A DNA stretch of 63,150 bases, the filler included, from Octopus bimaculoides (lineage: Eukaryota): the NCBI RefSeq assembly GCF_001194135.2. It is 6 parts of 6 records of this genome, joined end to end, with 100 filler letters (N's around TTAATTAATTAA, not from the genome) between each part and the next. Parts side by side here need not be neighbours in the genome. Positions count along the whole stretch, not along the records: positions 38,047 to 60,351 come from NC_068990.1; 5 more parts are not named here. One strand, 5' to 3'. Each line of letters begins with the position of its first letter. Within the stretch, counting starts at the first letter, position 1. Positions 38,184-50,992 of the stretch are shown here, piece by piece. Under the pieces are notes generated by a model. It saw only the letters and a program-made list of their open reading frames with translations. It was not told the DNA's origin and made no database searches. The translations under genes and the position numbers were made by a program.

Positions 38184-38340
38184 TGATGGGCTACTTTCAG
38201 TTTCCACCTACCAAATCCCCTCACAAGGCTTTGGTCAGCCTGAAGCTATAGTAGAAGACACTTGCCCAAGGTGCCATGCAGTGGTACTGAACCTGGAACC
38301 ATGTGGTTGGGAAGTAAGCTACTTACCACACAGCCACTCT
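38184..38340 (-). mobile_element. SINE family A, 5' part
   Basis: Reverse complement of 42097-42260. Confidence 0.85.
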
Positions 38341-38379
38341 TGGAACTTTTGCGTTTCGAGCGTGACGCAGATACTTTAA

Positions 38380-38599
38380 CTCTTAGGCATTCAGGTTTCT
38401 CTGTCAAATGCAATGCTTATTTCTTCACATTGATATGAATTGGTCATACATTACCTTGCAGCTTTGAGATTACAACGACATGATTGTTTATTTTTAGAAT
38501 AATATTGTAGGGTAAGTATGAGAGGCCAGATCTTGCCAGTTTGAAGATAAAACAGGTAGATTATTTTGGCCAGATATGACCAGTTTAAATGCTAAATAA
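38380..38599 (-). mobile_element. piggyBac-type TTAA MITE
   Basis: TTAA at 38376-79 and 38600-03; reverse complement of 56344-56563. Confidence 0.7.
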
Positions 38600-38931
38600 T
38601 TAAGAGACATATCCTTCATTGTGAAAGGAAGAGAATACGACACTATGTGTGCTTTTTAAAACAGAGGATGGAACAAAACCCAAATCTTGAACTGATCTGC
38701 AGAACAGTATCTTGCTATTTTCTTGTCCCCAACAATTTGATGTGATTATGAGAACAACACTTAGTTATTAATTATTCCTGATTCACCTAAATGAAAGTTG
38801 GAGGTGTTCTACCATATAATTGATGAGTAGGTTTGTTTGTATTTTTAAAATTTTTTGTTAATGATCTGTAGTAATGAGCTCAAAAATCCCACTATGCATT
38901 TAAAAGTAAGCTAGCATAAAGATGAAGTATA

Positions 38932-38999
<68 letters not shown>

Positions 39000-39001
39000 A
39001 T

Positions 39002-39040
<39 letters not shown>

Positions 39041-39245
39041 GTAGCTGTGACTAACTCGACTCCTTTCATTTTGCCATTTTAATTTCTTTGCTATAATTGT
39101 GAGTAACACAATATATATTTTCCTAAGCAAACATGCCTTTTAAAAATTTTTTTTAATAATATGGAAATTCAAAGTTATAGAAATGTATATAAATTTTATT
39201 TTTAATAAAAGAAATCATCATCATCATCATCACCGTTATTATTAA

Positions 39246-39474
39246 GGCAGCGAGCTGGCAGAATCATTAACAAACTGGGGAAAATACTTAACCATGTTTC
39301 ACTCATCTTTACGTTCTGAGTTTAAATTCTGCCAAGGTGACTTTGTCTTTCATATTTCTGGGGCCAATAAAATAAGTACCAGTTGAGTACCGGAATCAAT
39401 ATAACTGACTAGTCCTCTCCCCTATAATTTCAGGCCTTGTGCCTTTAGTAGAAAGGGTTATTATTATTATTATT
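39246..39474 (+). mobile_element. SINE family B copy (CpG-decayed), (TTA)n tail
   Basis: Colinear with 27670-27886, with CpG replaced by TpG/CpA. Confidence 0.85.
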
Positions 39475-42096
39475 GAGTTCTGGTGAAGTGTTCATGTTTT
39501 TACAAGTCATTCTTCAAAGCAAAAGTTTTACTCGATGAAATGGAATTTTTACCAAAAATATTCATACACAGATAACTTCATACAGTTTGGAGTCATCCCT
39601 TACAGGGGTTATTAAAGGTAAAAATTAGAGTTTGTGTTATATTTTCAGACAAAATATTTATTTTCTTTTTCACATCTCTGTTAAAAATAAAGAGAAAACA
39701 TGGCCTGTATGCATTTCACACCATATCTCCAAAAAGAAAGCAGAAAATGTACAAAGTGTACAGTTCACATGCAGAAAATGAGCAAAAATTACCAAATGCT
39801 AATTTAATTGCAGTGAAAAATATTAATAACTTACACAAGCAAAAAGAAGACTATCAATCTTGTTGTCAACAACTATAGCTGCAGTATGTATTCATGTATT
39901 ACTTTGGTTTTAAACACAAATGACAATAAAGTGATTTTTGCAAGTATTTTGTCCAAGAGGAAAACTCTCTATATGATACATTTTTTGAAAGATTAAATAC
40001 TTGACAACATTTTGTGCAGCAAACTGAGACCAGCTTTCTACAAGTTATTACAGAAGCCCATGAAAGGAGAAAAATAATGTAATTCTGTCTTGCCAAAAAC
40101 ACAATGAATTTTCTATTCTGTCTAAACTTAAAGTGAAGTCAGGTCTGGCAGATGCTTTAAGAGACATATCCTTCATTGTGAAAGGAAGAACATATTGCAC
40201 TGTGTCGTTTTTAAAATAGCGGATAGAACAAAAACCTAAGCCTAAATAGTGTGTAAGACACCTACCCATAAAGTGATTCCACAGTATTTGCAAAGAAGGA
40301 ACACAAAGGTCAAGGATATTGGTGATGATGTCAACTCTTGACTATCAGTTCCTTTTGTGGAACCATATGATGATAAGTGCAGATGTGACATTTGGCAATA
40401 TGTGGTCAGATGGGATCACTATGGACATACAAATCTTTGTGATCCCATAAACTTATACTAGGACTGTGTCATGTTGAGAGTGCTGAGAGAAAGATAGCTG
40501 ACCCAGCTGTTATATATGTGGAAGCAAAACCCACTTAAAAGCTTTCTACATAGAAAATCCAAAAGTATAAAAGTAACAGTATCTATTCCTGAAGGTTGTC
40601 TGTTCTAGGGCAACACAAGGCATATCCCATGAGTTGGCAAGTGAAACTGCCCAGTCCTCAAGAGTGAGTTATGAGAGCCAAAAGCCCTTCCTCTGAACCA
40701 CAACCAAAAAAAGACAAGGGGAGTCAATCACACCAACTACAACAACAACAACAAATACCAGTAAACAACCAGGAAGCACGTCTCATGACAGCACCAGCCA
40801 TCCGCTTACAAGGGAAAGAATCAGAGACTAATGGGCAATAGCACACTTTTATAAACTACACATATCAAAACATTTAAAGGAATAAATAAAAACAAAAAAA
40901 GCTCAAAAAGTATGAGGTGAAATACATTTCTTTTGCAGAAGGAACTCTTTTCTCTGCTAAACAATAATCCATATGTTATGAAGGAGAGTCTGTGGCCTGT
41001 GAGGTGGAACTAGCCCCTGACTTGAATGGAATAGTATTTACAGTCATTTGTAAGATAAATAGTTTTAATGAAATATTTATACAATATAAACAAAAAAATA
41101 TCCAAATAAAGAAAGGCTCAAGAAGGAAATGGAATTACATTTTAAATAGTTTCAAAATAACGGAATAATAGTTCAAATCTCAGATGGACTGTACAAAGTA
41201 TATTTCAATGACCCTCACTAGCTCAGTCTAATACCAGAACTTATGAAAGACTTTGTAGTCTTCAATCTTGAATGATACTATGATGAAACATACTACAAGT
41301 GCTATAAGAGATCTGGGGTGCCCTGCACTGTCTGCAGCAGAGACATGTGAGTTCAAGCTTAGATCATCTATCACATTCCATGTAATGAATGCTGTTTGCA
41401 AAATGAATAGCACAATTCAGTACTTTCTCATTTGCATGAAAGGACATCCCCCACCCCCACCACCTAACCCCTCTACACCCACATTCTTTTCATTGGTTAA
41501 ATGTCCCAGTCACAACATGACAATTCCTGTCAGAGCTGCAGACCAAAATATTGAGAACTTATGGATTAAAACAAATTAATTTCATTAGTCAATACAAACC
41601 AGCCATCAACAACTGACAAGAACTGAATGACACCCATTGGCTAATCTTGCCATTTTCCCTGCCCATCCCCCATACAACACTAAATTTAACCCCAATTCCT
41701 CTTCATATGCACGGTCCTTGTCCCATCTATTGACAATAAAATTTTGGTATAAGAATTCTGAGACATGTGCCATACTATACAATTTACCACCCAACTTTGT
41801 CCATACTTCAACAGCACATTGTCTAATAATAACATCATATAAAGTCAAAGCTACCACACAACTGGACATATTCTTTTCTGCTTCACACTCTTCAAAAAGA
41901 GCAAAGAAAAAAACAGCATCTTTGTCTGAAATATTTCATTATTACATTTTTTAAGATTAAAGTTAAATTTTTATTATTATTCATATTTAATCTTTTTCCA
42001 TTCCAACTTCATTGCATTTTTTACATTCTGAAATACCTCGGATATGATAAAAGTGTAACTTTATACAAAGCATTTTTGCAGAGAGCTCAATAAATA

Positions 42097-42525
42097 GGTG
42101 CAGGAGTGGCTGTGTGGTAAGTAGCTTGCTTACCAGCCACATGGTTCCGGGTTCAGTCCCACTGCGTGGCACCTTGAGCAAGTGTCTTCTACTATAGCCT
42201 CGGGCCGACCAAAGCCTTGTGAGTGGATTTGGAAGACGGAAACTGAAAGAAGCCCGTCATATATATGTATATGTATATATATATATATGTATGTGTGTGT
42301 TTGTGTGTCTGTGTTTGTCCCCCCAACATTGCTTGACAACTGATGCTGGTGTGTTTATGTCCCCATAACTTAGTGGTTCGGCAAAAGAGACCGATAAAAT
42401 AAGTACTAGGCTTACAAAGTATAAGTCCTGGGGTCGATTTGCTCGACTAAAGGCGGTGCTCCAGCATGGCCGCAGTCAAATGATTGAAACAAGTAAAAGA
42501 GTAAAAGAGAGAGAGTAAGAGTAAA
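42097..42525 (+). mobile_element. Full-length tRNA-derived SINE family A
   Basis: Head ggtgcaggagTGGCTGTGTGGtaag...ccgGGTTCAGTCCC (A/B boxes), central (TA)/(TG) microsatellite, (AAAAGAGT)n tail. Many copies in the window. Confidence 0.9.
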
Positions 42526-42892
42526 TGAGAAACCATTTCATATCCAGATGGATGGTATGATATTCCTCTGTCATTTCCGACAATGCATGACTCAGCAGCA
42601 TCTGAAATAATGATGATGATACTAGCCAGGACAGATTTAAGCCACCTTTAGTGGTCCTTACTCTTATTGCTTCCATCTTGGTCTTTTTGGGGTCAGAGAA
42701 AAGGCTAAGCCAGTATGTCTAATAGAGAGAGACAGTCATGTGAAGGGATAGTTAAGAAACTCAGCAAAATTAAACTCAAAAGCTTTTTAACACTTAATGC
42801 CAACCTGCTTAAGACTTTCTGTTTTAAAGTAATCCAAATTAAAACCGTTCATTAAAACTCCTTGTTGATTTATGTTCTAAACACCTGCTTAA

Positions 42893-43670
42893 TAACAATG
42901 AAGTTGTTTAACTAAATTCTTCATTATTTTCAAAACTAATTGAAACAAAGACAGGTATTTCAACGGAAATATAGTAACAAAAAGGTTAATATTGACAAAG
43001 TTATTTAACTAAATTCTTCATTTTCAGAAGTAATTGAAACGAAGGCAGTGTATTTCAACTGAAATATGGTCACAAAAAGGTGAATAGTGACAAAGTTATT
43101 TTTTCTAAATTTCTCATTATTTTCAAAACTAATTGTAACAAAGGCAGTATATTTCAACAAAAATATAGTAACAAAAGGGTTAATAATGACAAAGTTGTTT
43201 AACTGAATTATTCTTTTATTCTTTTATTTGTTTCAATCATTTGACTGTAGAATGCTGGGGCACTACTTTAAAGGGTTTTAGTTGAAGAAACTGACCCCAG
43301 GACTTATTCTTTTTAAGCCTATCTATCGGTTTCTTTTGCTGGACTGCTAAGTTACACACACACACATACACACACACGTGACGGGCTTCTTTCAGTTTCC
43401 ATCAACCAAATCCACTCCCAAGGCGTTGGTTAGCCTGAAGTAAAGTATAGTAAAAGACTTGCCCAACAGTGGGACTGAACTCAGAAGCTTGTGGTTGGGA
43501 AGCATGCTTCTTACCATAGAGTCATGCTTCAAGAAAAACTCTACATTTGTATTTTGTCCCCTCTGTGTTGAGCCCTGTGTGGTTAATAAAGAAACCTATT
43601 ATTTAAAAAAAAAAAGAAAAAAAAAATGAAACAAAGGCAGTGTATTCCAACAGAAATATGGTAACAAAAG
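42893..43670. repeat. Tandem array of an approximately 97-bp transposon-end-like unit, interrupted by SINE A and a LINE 3' end
   Basis: Units end ...aaatatagtaacaaaaaggttaat at 42990, 43085 and 43184. A fourth unit starts at 43185 and resumes at about 43627-43670. Confidence 0.7.
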
Positions 43671-44140
43671 ATTCCCTGCAGCCCTTGGTCCGTTTGTAAG
43701 TTTGCTTGATGGGTGTTAACCCCTTATTGAGTTCATCTTCCCTTGTAGACAGGACATTGTTTTATATTTTTCATCTTGTCATAGTGTTCATTCATTCTTC
43801 CCACATGGGGTTGTGACTCTGGGGTGGCTTGTCAGTTTAGTCAGTTTTGTCAGAGACGGCCTGACCATGAAACAGGTAGGACTGGTTTGCATGACTGCCC
43901 AGTAACAGATCATTTTGATCTGACCCGACATAAATAATTCAATGTAATCAACTCCAGTGAATAGGTATATACATAAGTTCACATATATACACATCCATGC
44001 ATACAAACATCCATACATACATACATACATACATACATACTTACATGTGTACATACAAGTATAAATACACACAAACACACATGCACATATATATACATAT
44101 ATATACATATATATACATACATATATACATACATATATGC

Positions 44141-44174
<34 letters not shown>

Positions 44175-44799
44175 CTTTACACACACATATATACATGTAT
44201 ATATATGTATATATACGTATATATATATATACGTATATATATATACATACACACATGTTCACACACACACACAAGACAAATTTTAGTTTTTGTTGTTTTT
44301 TTTAGCTATTTTATAATCTTGGGAGGTGAAACAAATATCTTATCAAAATGGGAGATTAGCTGGGCGTTAGTTCTGGTACTGACCATAGTATACTGTATTA
44401 GCTTAATGTGATTAAAAATCCTTCACTTGTAGTACAGTAGTTAGTTTGTATACATAAGTCTATAATTTATATCATGTAAATGGGAAAATTTTGAGTGAAA
44501 TGAAAACCAGCTTCACTGAAAAATTTCTGTTATAAAATTTTACAAACTACAAATCTCATTTTTTTTTCTGTTTTGTTTGAGTCATTACATTGTAGCCATG
44601 CCTTGGCACTGCTTTGAAGAATTTTTAGTGAAATGAATTGACCCAAGTACATTTTTTTTTTTTTTTTCTTAAGCCTGGTACTTATTCTATTGGTCTCTTC
44701 CGCTGAATTGCTAAGTTACGGGTACATAAACACTCTGACACTGGTTATCAAGCAATGGTTAGAGACAAACACAGATGTGAACACACACACACACACACA

Positions 44800-44980
44800 T
44801 TGATAAAAAGCACTCGGTTCACTCTGCAGGGTGGTTGGTGTTAGCAAGGGCACCCACCGGTAAAAACCCTGCTAAAACAAACATGTAGCTTGGGGTCGTC
44901 TTCTACCCGGCTGGCTACTGTCAACCGTCCTACCCATGTGTTCATGGAAGATGGATGTTAAACGGAGATGATGATGATGA
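44800..44980 (+). mobile_element. Family C (RTE 3'-module) short retroposon
   Basis: ggttggtgttagcaagggcaccc...aaccgtcctacccatg...gatggatgttaaacg(GAT)n. Confidence 0.65.
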
Positions 44981-45502
44981 TATGTGTATGTGTATATATA
45001 TATGTATAAATAATACAGAATGGGACAAGGGCGCAAAACATCCAGACAGTTAGGTGATACAAGAAAGGGACAAAACATACAGACAGACGATACAAAGAAA
45101 ACACTTCCAAGGAATCTAATGCTCTTAGCTTAGTTTTTCCTTGGGGCTGGCCAGATTGGAGCAATATCGAGAATAACCAGCTGAAATTGCAAGGATAATC
45201 TGGATCTTGACTGAAGAGAGAAAAANNNNNNNNNNNNNNNNNNNNNNNNNNNNNNNNNNNNNNNNNNNNNNNNNNNNNNNNNNNNNNNNNNNNNNNNNNN
45301 NNNNNNNNNNNNNNNNNNNNNNNNNNNNNNNNNNNNNNNNNNNNNNNNNNNNNNNNNNNNNNNNNNNNNNNNNNNNNNNNNNNNNNNNNNNNNNNNNNNN
45401 NNNNNNNNNNNNNNNNNNNNNNNNNNNNNNNNNNNNNNNNNNNNNNNNNNNNNNNNNNNNNNNNNNNNNNNNNNNNNNNNNNNNNNNNNNNNNNNNNNNN
45501 NN

Positions 45503-45541
<39 letters not shown>

Positions 45542-46213
45542 TGTATGTGTGTGTATATATACATATATGCAACAGGCTTCTTTCAGTTATTTCTGTTTTT
45601 ATTGTTGTCATACAATAAAAGAAAAAAAGGGAATAATTACTATGTGAAAATGCATTTTAAATTTTCTTGTTGTCCTTTATCCCCAGATCAAAAGCATTCC
45701 AGACTTTGATCGGGAGTTAAGCAACAACAGCAGCAGCAGCAACAGGAGTACCACCACCACTACCAACAACAACAACAACAACAGGGGCCTCTATACAGGA
45801 ACTGCTTTTTCTTGTTTTTCTAAGATGGCAGGGTGTTACTTTATTTTTTGGTAAAAAATACGGTATTTGTAGAAGACCCAGCTACTATTTCCAGAAAGCT
45901 ATGGGACAACATTGAGATGTGGAAACACCCTGTTTTGTATTAATATTGCTTGGTAAGCATTGTCATCATCATCAGTATTATGTCCACTTTTCCATGCTGG
46001 CATGGGTCAGATGGCACTTTGCTGGGGCAGATTTTCTGTTACTAGATGCCCTTCCTCTTGCCAACACTCACCTGTTCCCATGTAAGGTAATATCTAACTC
46101 CCTATAATTAGACATGCTTTCATGAAAGATTTAGAATGAAGACTATCATTTGCCTGGCAGTGATATTTATTTACAACTATGATGCAATGTCATGACATGG
46201 CAGTAGTAACACA

Positions 46214-46252
<39 letters not shown>

Positions 46253-46943
46253 GTATGTATGNNNNNNNNNNNNNNNNNNNNNNNNNNNNNNNNNNNNNNN
46301 NNNNNNNNNNNNNNNNNNNNNNNNNNNNNNNNNNNNNNNNNNNNNNNNNNNNNNNNNNNNNNNNNNNNNNNNNNNNNNNNNNNNNNNNNNNNNNNNNNNN
46401 NNNNNNNNNNNNNNNNNNNNNNNNNNNNNNNNNNNNNNNNNNNNNNNNNNNNNNNNNNNNNNNNNNNNNNNNNNNNNNNNNNNNNNNNNNNNNNNNNNNN
46501 NNNNNNNNNNNNNNNNNNNNNNNNNNNNNNNNNNNNNNNNNNNNNNNNNNNNNNNNNNNNNNNNNNNNNNNNNNNNNNNNNNNNNNNNNNNNNNNNNNNN
46601 NNNNNNNNNNNNNNNNNNNNNNNNNNNNNNNNNNNNNNNNNNNNNNNNNNNNNNNNNNNNNNNNNNNNNNNNNNNNNNNNNNNNNNNNNNNNNNNNNNNN
46701 NNNNNNNNNNNNNNNNNNNNNNNNNNNNNNNNNNNNNNNNNNNNNNNNNNNNNNNNNNNNNNNNNNNNNNNNNNNNNNNNNNNNNNNNNNNNNNNNNNNN
46801 NNNNNNNNNNNNNNNNNNNNNNNNNNNNNNNNNNNNNNNNNNNNNNNNNNNNNNNNNNNNNNNNNNNNNNNNNNNNNNNNNNNNNNNNNNNNNNNNNNNN
46901 NNNNNNNNNNNNNNNNNNNNNNNNNNNNNNNNNNNNNNNNNNN

Positions 46944-47220
46944 NTGTGTGTGTGTGTGTGTGTGTGTGTGTTTGTGTATCTATGTGTGTGTTTGTGTATC
47001 TATGTGTGTGTTTGTGTATCTATGTGTGTGTGTCTGTGTTTGTATCCCTCCCTCCCCCCATCACTGCTTGACAGCTAATGTTGGTGTGTTTACATCCCCA
47101 TAACTAAGCAGTTTAGTGAAAGAGACCAATAGAATAAGTACTAGGCTTAAAAAATATGTCTTGGGGTTGATTTGTTTGATTAAGACATGTAAACATGTAA
47201 AAGATAAAGGATAAAAGAAA
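46944..47220 (+). mobile_element. SINE family A, 3' half
   Basis: Matches 42290-42500. Confidence 0.75.
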
Positions 47221-48265
47221 AAATATACATAGATATAGAGATAGAGCTAGATATAGATATATGAAACGCCTAGTTTAGAGTAGAGGCAGCTGATGAAGGA
47301 AGAGTTCCATAAGTAGCTCGTCTGTTTTCCTATGTGTTCATTCTGTTGTCCGTAAAAAAGTCTGTTTTTTGTGCTCTGTTTATGTTCCCGTTCCTGTTTT
47401 GACGTCCTGTACCCGGATATGCATCTATATATACATGTAGATGTAGGTATGTACTTATATGTATGTATACATGCATATGCTCATATATCATTTGTATTAT
47501 TATATAGATATATAGATATAGTTATAGATATATAGATATAGTTATAGATATATAGATATAGTTATAGATATATATTTTGAATGCATTTAATTAGAATGTT
47601 TTAGATGATTGTATAATAGATAAAAAGGGAATTTCACCTCTTTAAATAAAACCTTCTTCAACTAAGACATCAAAATATGAGCTAATTGGTGGAATTTGCC
47701 ATTTATATATGGTCAGGCCATTTAAGTCTCCATCTAGATGAGGAGAGATTGTGGCCAAAATGGGTACAATATCTACAGAGTAAGAAACATATATATATGT
47801 GTATATATATATATATTATGATAGGCTTCTTTCAGTTTCCATCTACCAAATACACTCACAAGTCTGTGGTCGGCTTGAGGTCATAGCAGAAGATACTTGC
47901 CTAAGTACCACATGGTGGGATCGAATCAAGAGTCATAAGGTCGGGAAGCAAACTTCTTATCCTGCAGCTATGTCTGCACCTATTAGCATATTTTTGCTAT
48001 TTCAAATAATGGAAAGAAGTTAAAAGATCTATTTGGTAATCACTAAAATGAAAGATGTCAAGTTATTCACATTTAGTCATCATTATACTATAATCCTTTC
48101 TTCTATAGGCACATGGCCTGAAATTTGGGGGAGGGCTGGTACTTATTTTATGGCCTCTGAAAGGATGAGAGGCAAAGTCAACTCTGGTGGGACTTGAACT
48201 CAGAACATAAAGCCGGACAAAATACTGCTAAGCATTTTGCCTGATGTGCTAACAATTCTGCCAAC

Positions 48266-48707
48266 TTTTTTACTCTTTTTACTCTTTTACTCTTTTTACT
48301 CTTTTACTCTTTTACTTGTTTCAGTCATTTGACTCTGGCCATACTGGAGCATCACCTTTAGTCGATCAAATCGACCCCAGAACTTATTCTTTGTAAGCCT
48401 AGTACTTATTCTATCGGTCTTTTTTGCCGAACCGCTAAGTTACGGGGACGTAAACACACCAGCATCGGTTGTCAAGCGATGTTGTGGGGACAAACACAGA
48501 CACACAAACACACACATACATATATATATACATATACATATATACGACGGGCTTCTTTCAGTTTCCATCTACCAAATCCACTTACAAGGCTTTGGTCGGC
48601 CTGAGGCTATAGTAGAAGACACCTGCCCAAGATGCCATGCAGTGGGACTGAACCCGGAACCATGTGGTTGGTAAGCAAGCTACTTACCACACAGCCATTC
48701 CTGTGCC
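48266..48707 (-). mobile_element. Full-length SINE family A (young)
   Basis: Near-exact reverse complement of 42097-42525, with a (TTACTCTT)n tail. Confidence 0.9.
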
Positions 48708-48969
48708 TATCTCACCATCTTACCATTGTATTATAATGATGACTAAATGTGAATAACTCATCACCACTATTAACACCCCCACCCCACCGTCACTCATGCC
48801 CATCAGCATCCTTATATGATCCTATTCTTTTGGTTCCATAAAAATTATTTAAGAGCAGCTGTTTAACTCAAGCAAATATTTGTCACATGGTTGATCAACC
48901 AGTTATAACAAAAGAGCAGTCAAATCTCCCTCAAACCATATCCTTCCTGCTGTCTGGAGTACACCATAC

Positions 48970-49104
48970 CTTAAAGTCACTGCTAATATGCCTTTGATCC
49001 TTTGTTTGTTTCATCATGCCTGACCTAAGGCTAAACAGCACCACCAACGGCAACGGAACTTTCTTACAACTCCTTCCAGAGCTATCAGTATAGAAGTGAA
49101 CCAT
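48970..49104 (-). CDS. Candidate first coding exon of the CLCN6-like gene (tentative)
   Basis: ATG-led frame MVHFYTDSSG...MMKQTKDQRHISSDFK ending at a phase-0 donor AAG|gtatgg, compatible with the exon at 37678. No recognisable homology. Confidence 0.2.
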
Positions 49105-50355
49105 TAACCTTTTGTTCGGTAGATAAAAGGACACAAAGTAACCTTGTATTCACTTAGTTTGTGAGCCCCCTTTTACCACATATAGTAATAACAGAATTAA
49201 CTGAAGCAGTGTTGTGACATAAATATTTCTAGTGTGATACTAATCAAATAATTTTTATGGTAAACATATTAGTATTTCACAGATAGGTGAAATAATTTAT
49301 TTAGAATCACACAATTCACAATATTAGGCAACGGGTCGTAACAGCATAATAGCAAATATTGGAATCGTATGATAAATATGTCACGCTTATGACACCTTGG
49401 CAATATTACACCTATGAACTCATTCTGCACTTGTATTATCACACTTATTAGATCATCGACATATCACACTCATATCTTACACACACACACACACACATAC
49501 ACATACACATGGCAGTATCACCAATATCACACAACTGTCACCTTAGCAGTAGAATACGCTCAATAAGGCAATATGATATTAATGACACCACAACAAAAGG
49601 GGCAAAGTGCATTGGCAGAATCATTAGTATCAAGCAAAGTGGTTTGTAGAATTTAGATTTTTACATTTTGCTTTTATGTTTCAGTCACTGGACTGTAGTC
49701 ATACTGGGGCACTGCCTCAAAGAGTTTAGTTGAACAAATTGACCCCAGTACACGTTTTTTTTTTTTTTCAAGTCTCCTTTGCCGAACTACTAAGTTACAG
49801 GGATGCAAATAAACCAAGACCAGCTATCAAGTGGCAGAGAGGGGGAACAAACACCCACACAAATGTGCACACATACACACACACACACAGAGCTGAAAAG
49901 TAAATAGACACCATCGTTTTTGAATGATTTATTGCTAGAAGCAAAATGTCATTTGGTGCATTTAAATACTTAAGCTAGTCTTTGCTAGACATGTCTGTGT
50001 AGTTTTATTGATTGATCCATTTGGGCATTCACTAGTATCCACACAGATAAGATGATATAATGAGGGGTGTCTATTTACTTTTAAGTGGTCTGTGTATATA
50101 CGGCAGGCTTCCATGCAGTTTCTGCTTGCCAAATTCACCCACCAGGTATTGTTTGGTCTTGAGAGCTATAACAGAAGGCACTTCCTCAAGGTGCCATGAA
50201 GTGGGACTGAACCTAAGAGTATGTGGTTGGGGAGCAAAATTTTTATGACATAGCAATGCCTATGCATATATATATATATATATAGGTGGTGCCCCAGTAT
50301 GGCCACAATCTAATGATTGAAATAAGTAAAAGATAAAAGATAAAATATATGTATG

Positions 50356-50431
<76 letters not shown>

Positions 50432-50885
50432 TAACTGGTGAAGGCCAGTTCATAGGGTTACCCTGGGTTTCTCACCATAAAGGGTACCTTTATGGTGTAT
50501 CTTCAGACCCTAAGAACACCCATAGGTAGACTTTTCCTAAAATTAGTAGACAAACACTTTACTAAGTCCCATAGGTACGCCCCCATTTTCAACAGGCACA
50601 ACATTAGGGTCTTGCTTATCGGCACCCCTAGCCTTAAGGGAATCTTAGTTAGCATCCCTAAGCAACAGAAAGAGGCAGGTTGTTCATTCGGGATCTGCAA
50701 CAGTTGCCCAGTAGAAGACCTCTGCAAAACCAAAGGCATCGTCTATCAAGCTGAAGTGTAGGCAAACCCAACCAATTCCACTCGTAGGAACCACCTGTAT
50801 GATTAATATAGCCAAGTGCATGTTCTTATATGATCAACAAGTGTCTACGAAAGAATAATCACCTCTTTTAGTCTAAACCTGGAAA
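50432..50885 (+). mobile_element. Penelope-like element relic (RT thumb to GIY-YIG linker)
   Basis: TPIGRLFLKLVDKHFTKSHRYAPIFNRHNIRV...GICNSCPVEDLCKTKGIVYQAEV, matching the PLE motif TNIG..FL.L.DKHFP..H.L..IFNR...CP..G.C....IVY.A.V. Confidence 0.75.
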
Positions 50886-50992
50886 GTTAGCAGTTCATTT
50901 CTAAATGTTAGAAGTGATATAGAATAAAATAATTTTCTACCATAAAGCCAAAAATGTATTGGTGATGTTTTTGTTGTCAGTGCTGTTGCTTA

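Noticed and set aside
41606-41869. 87-aa minus ORF in unique sequence (also 41228-41413 and 39831-39874 exon-like pieces)
   Set aside because: No recognisable family and no consistent splice chain; insufficient support.
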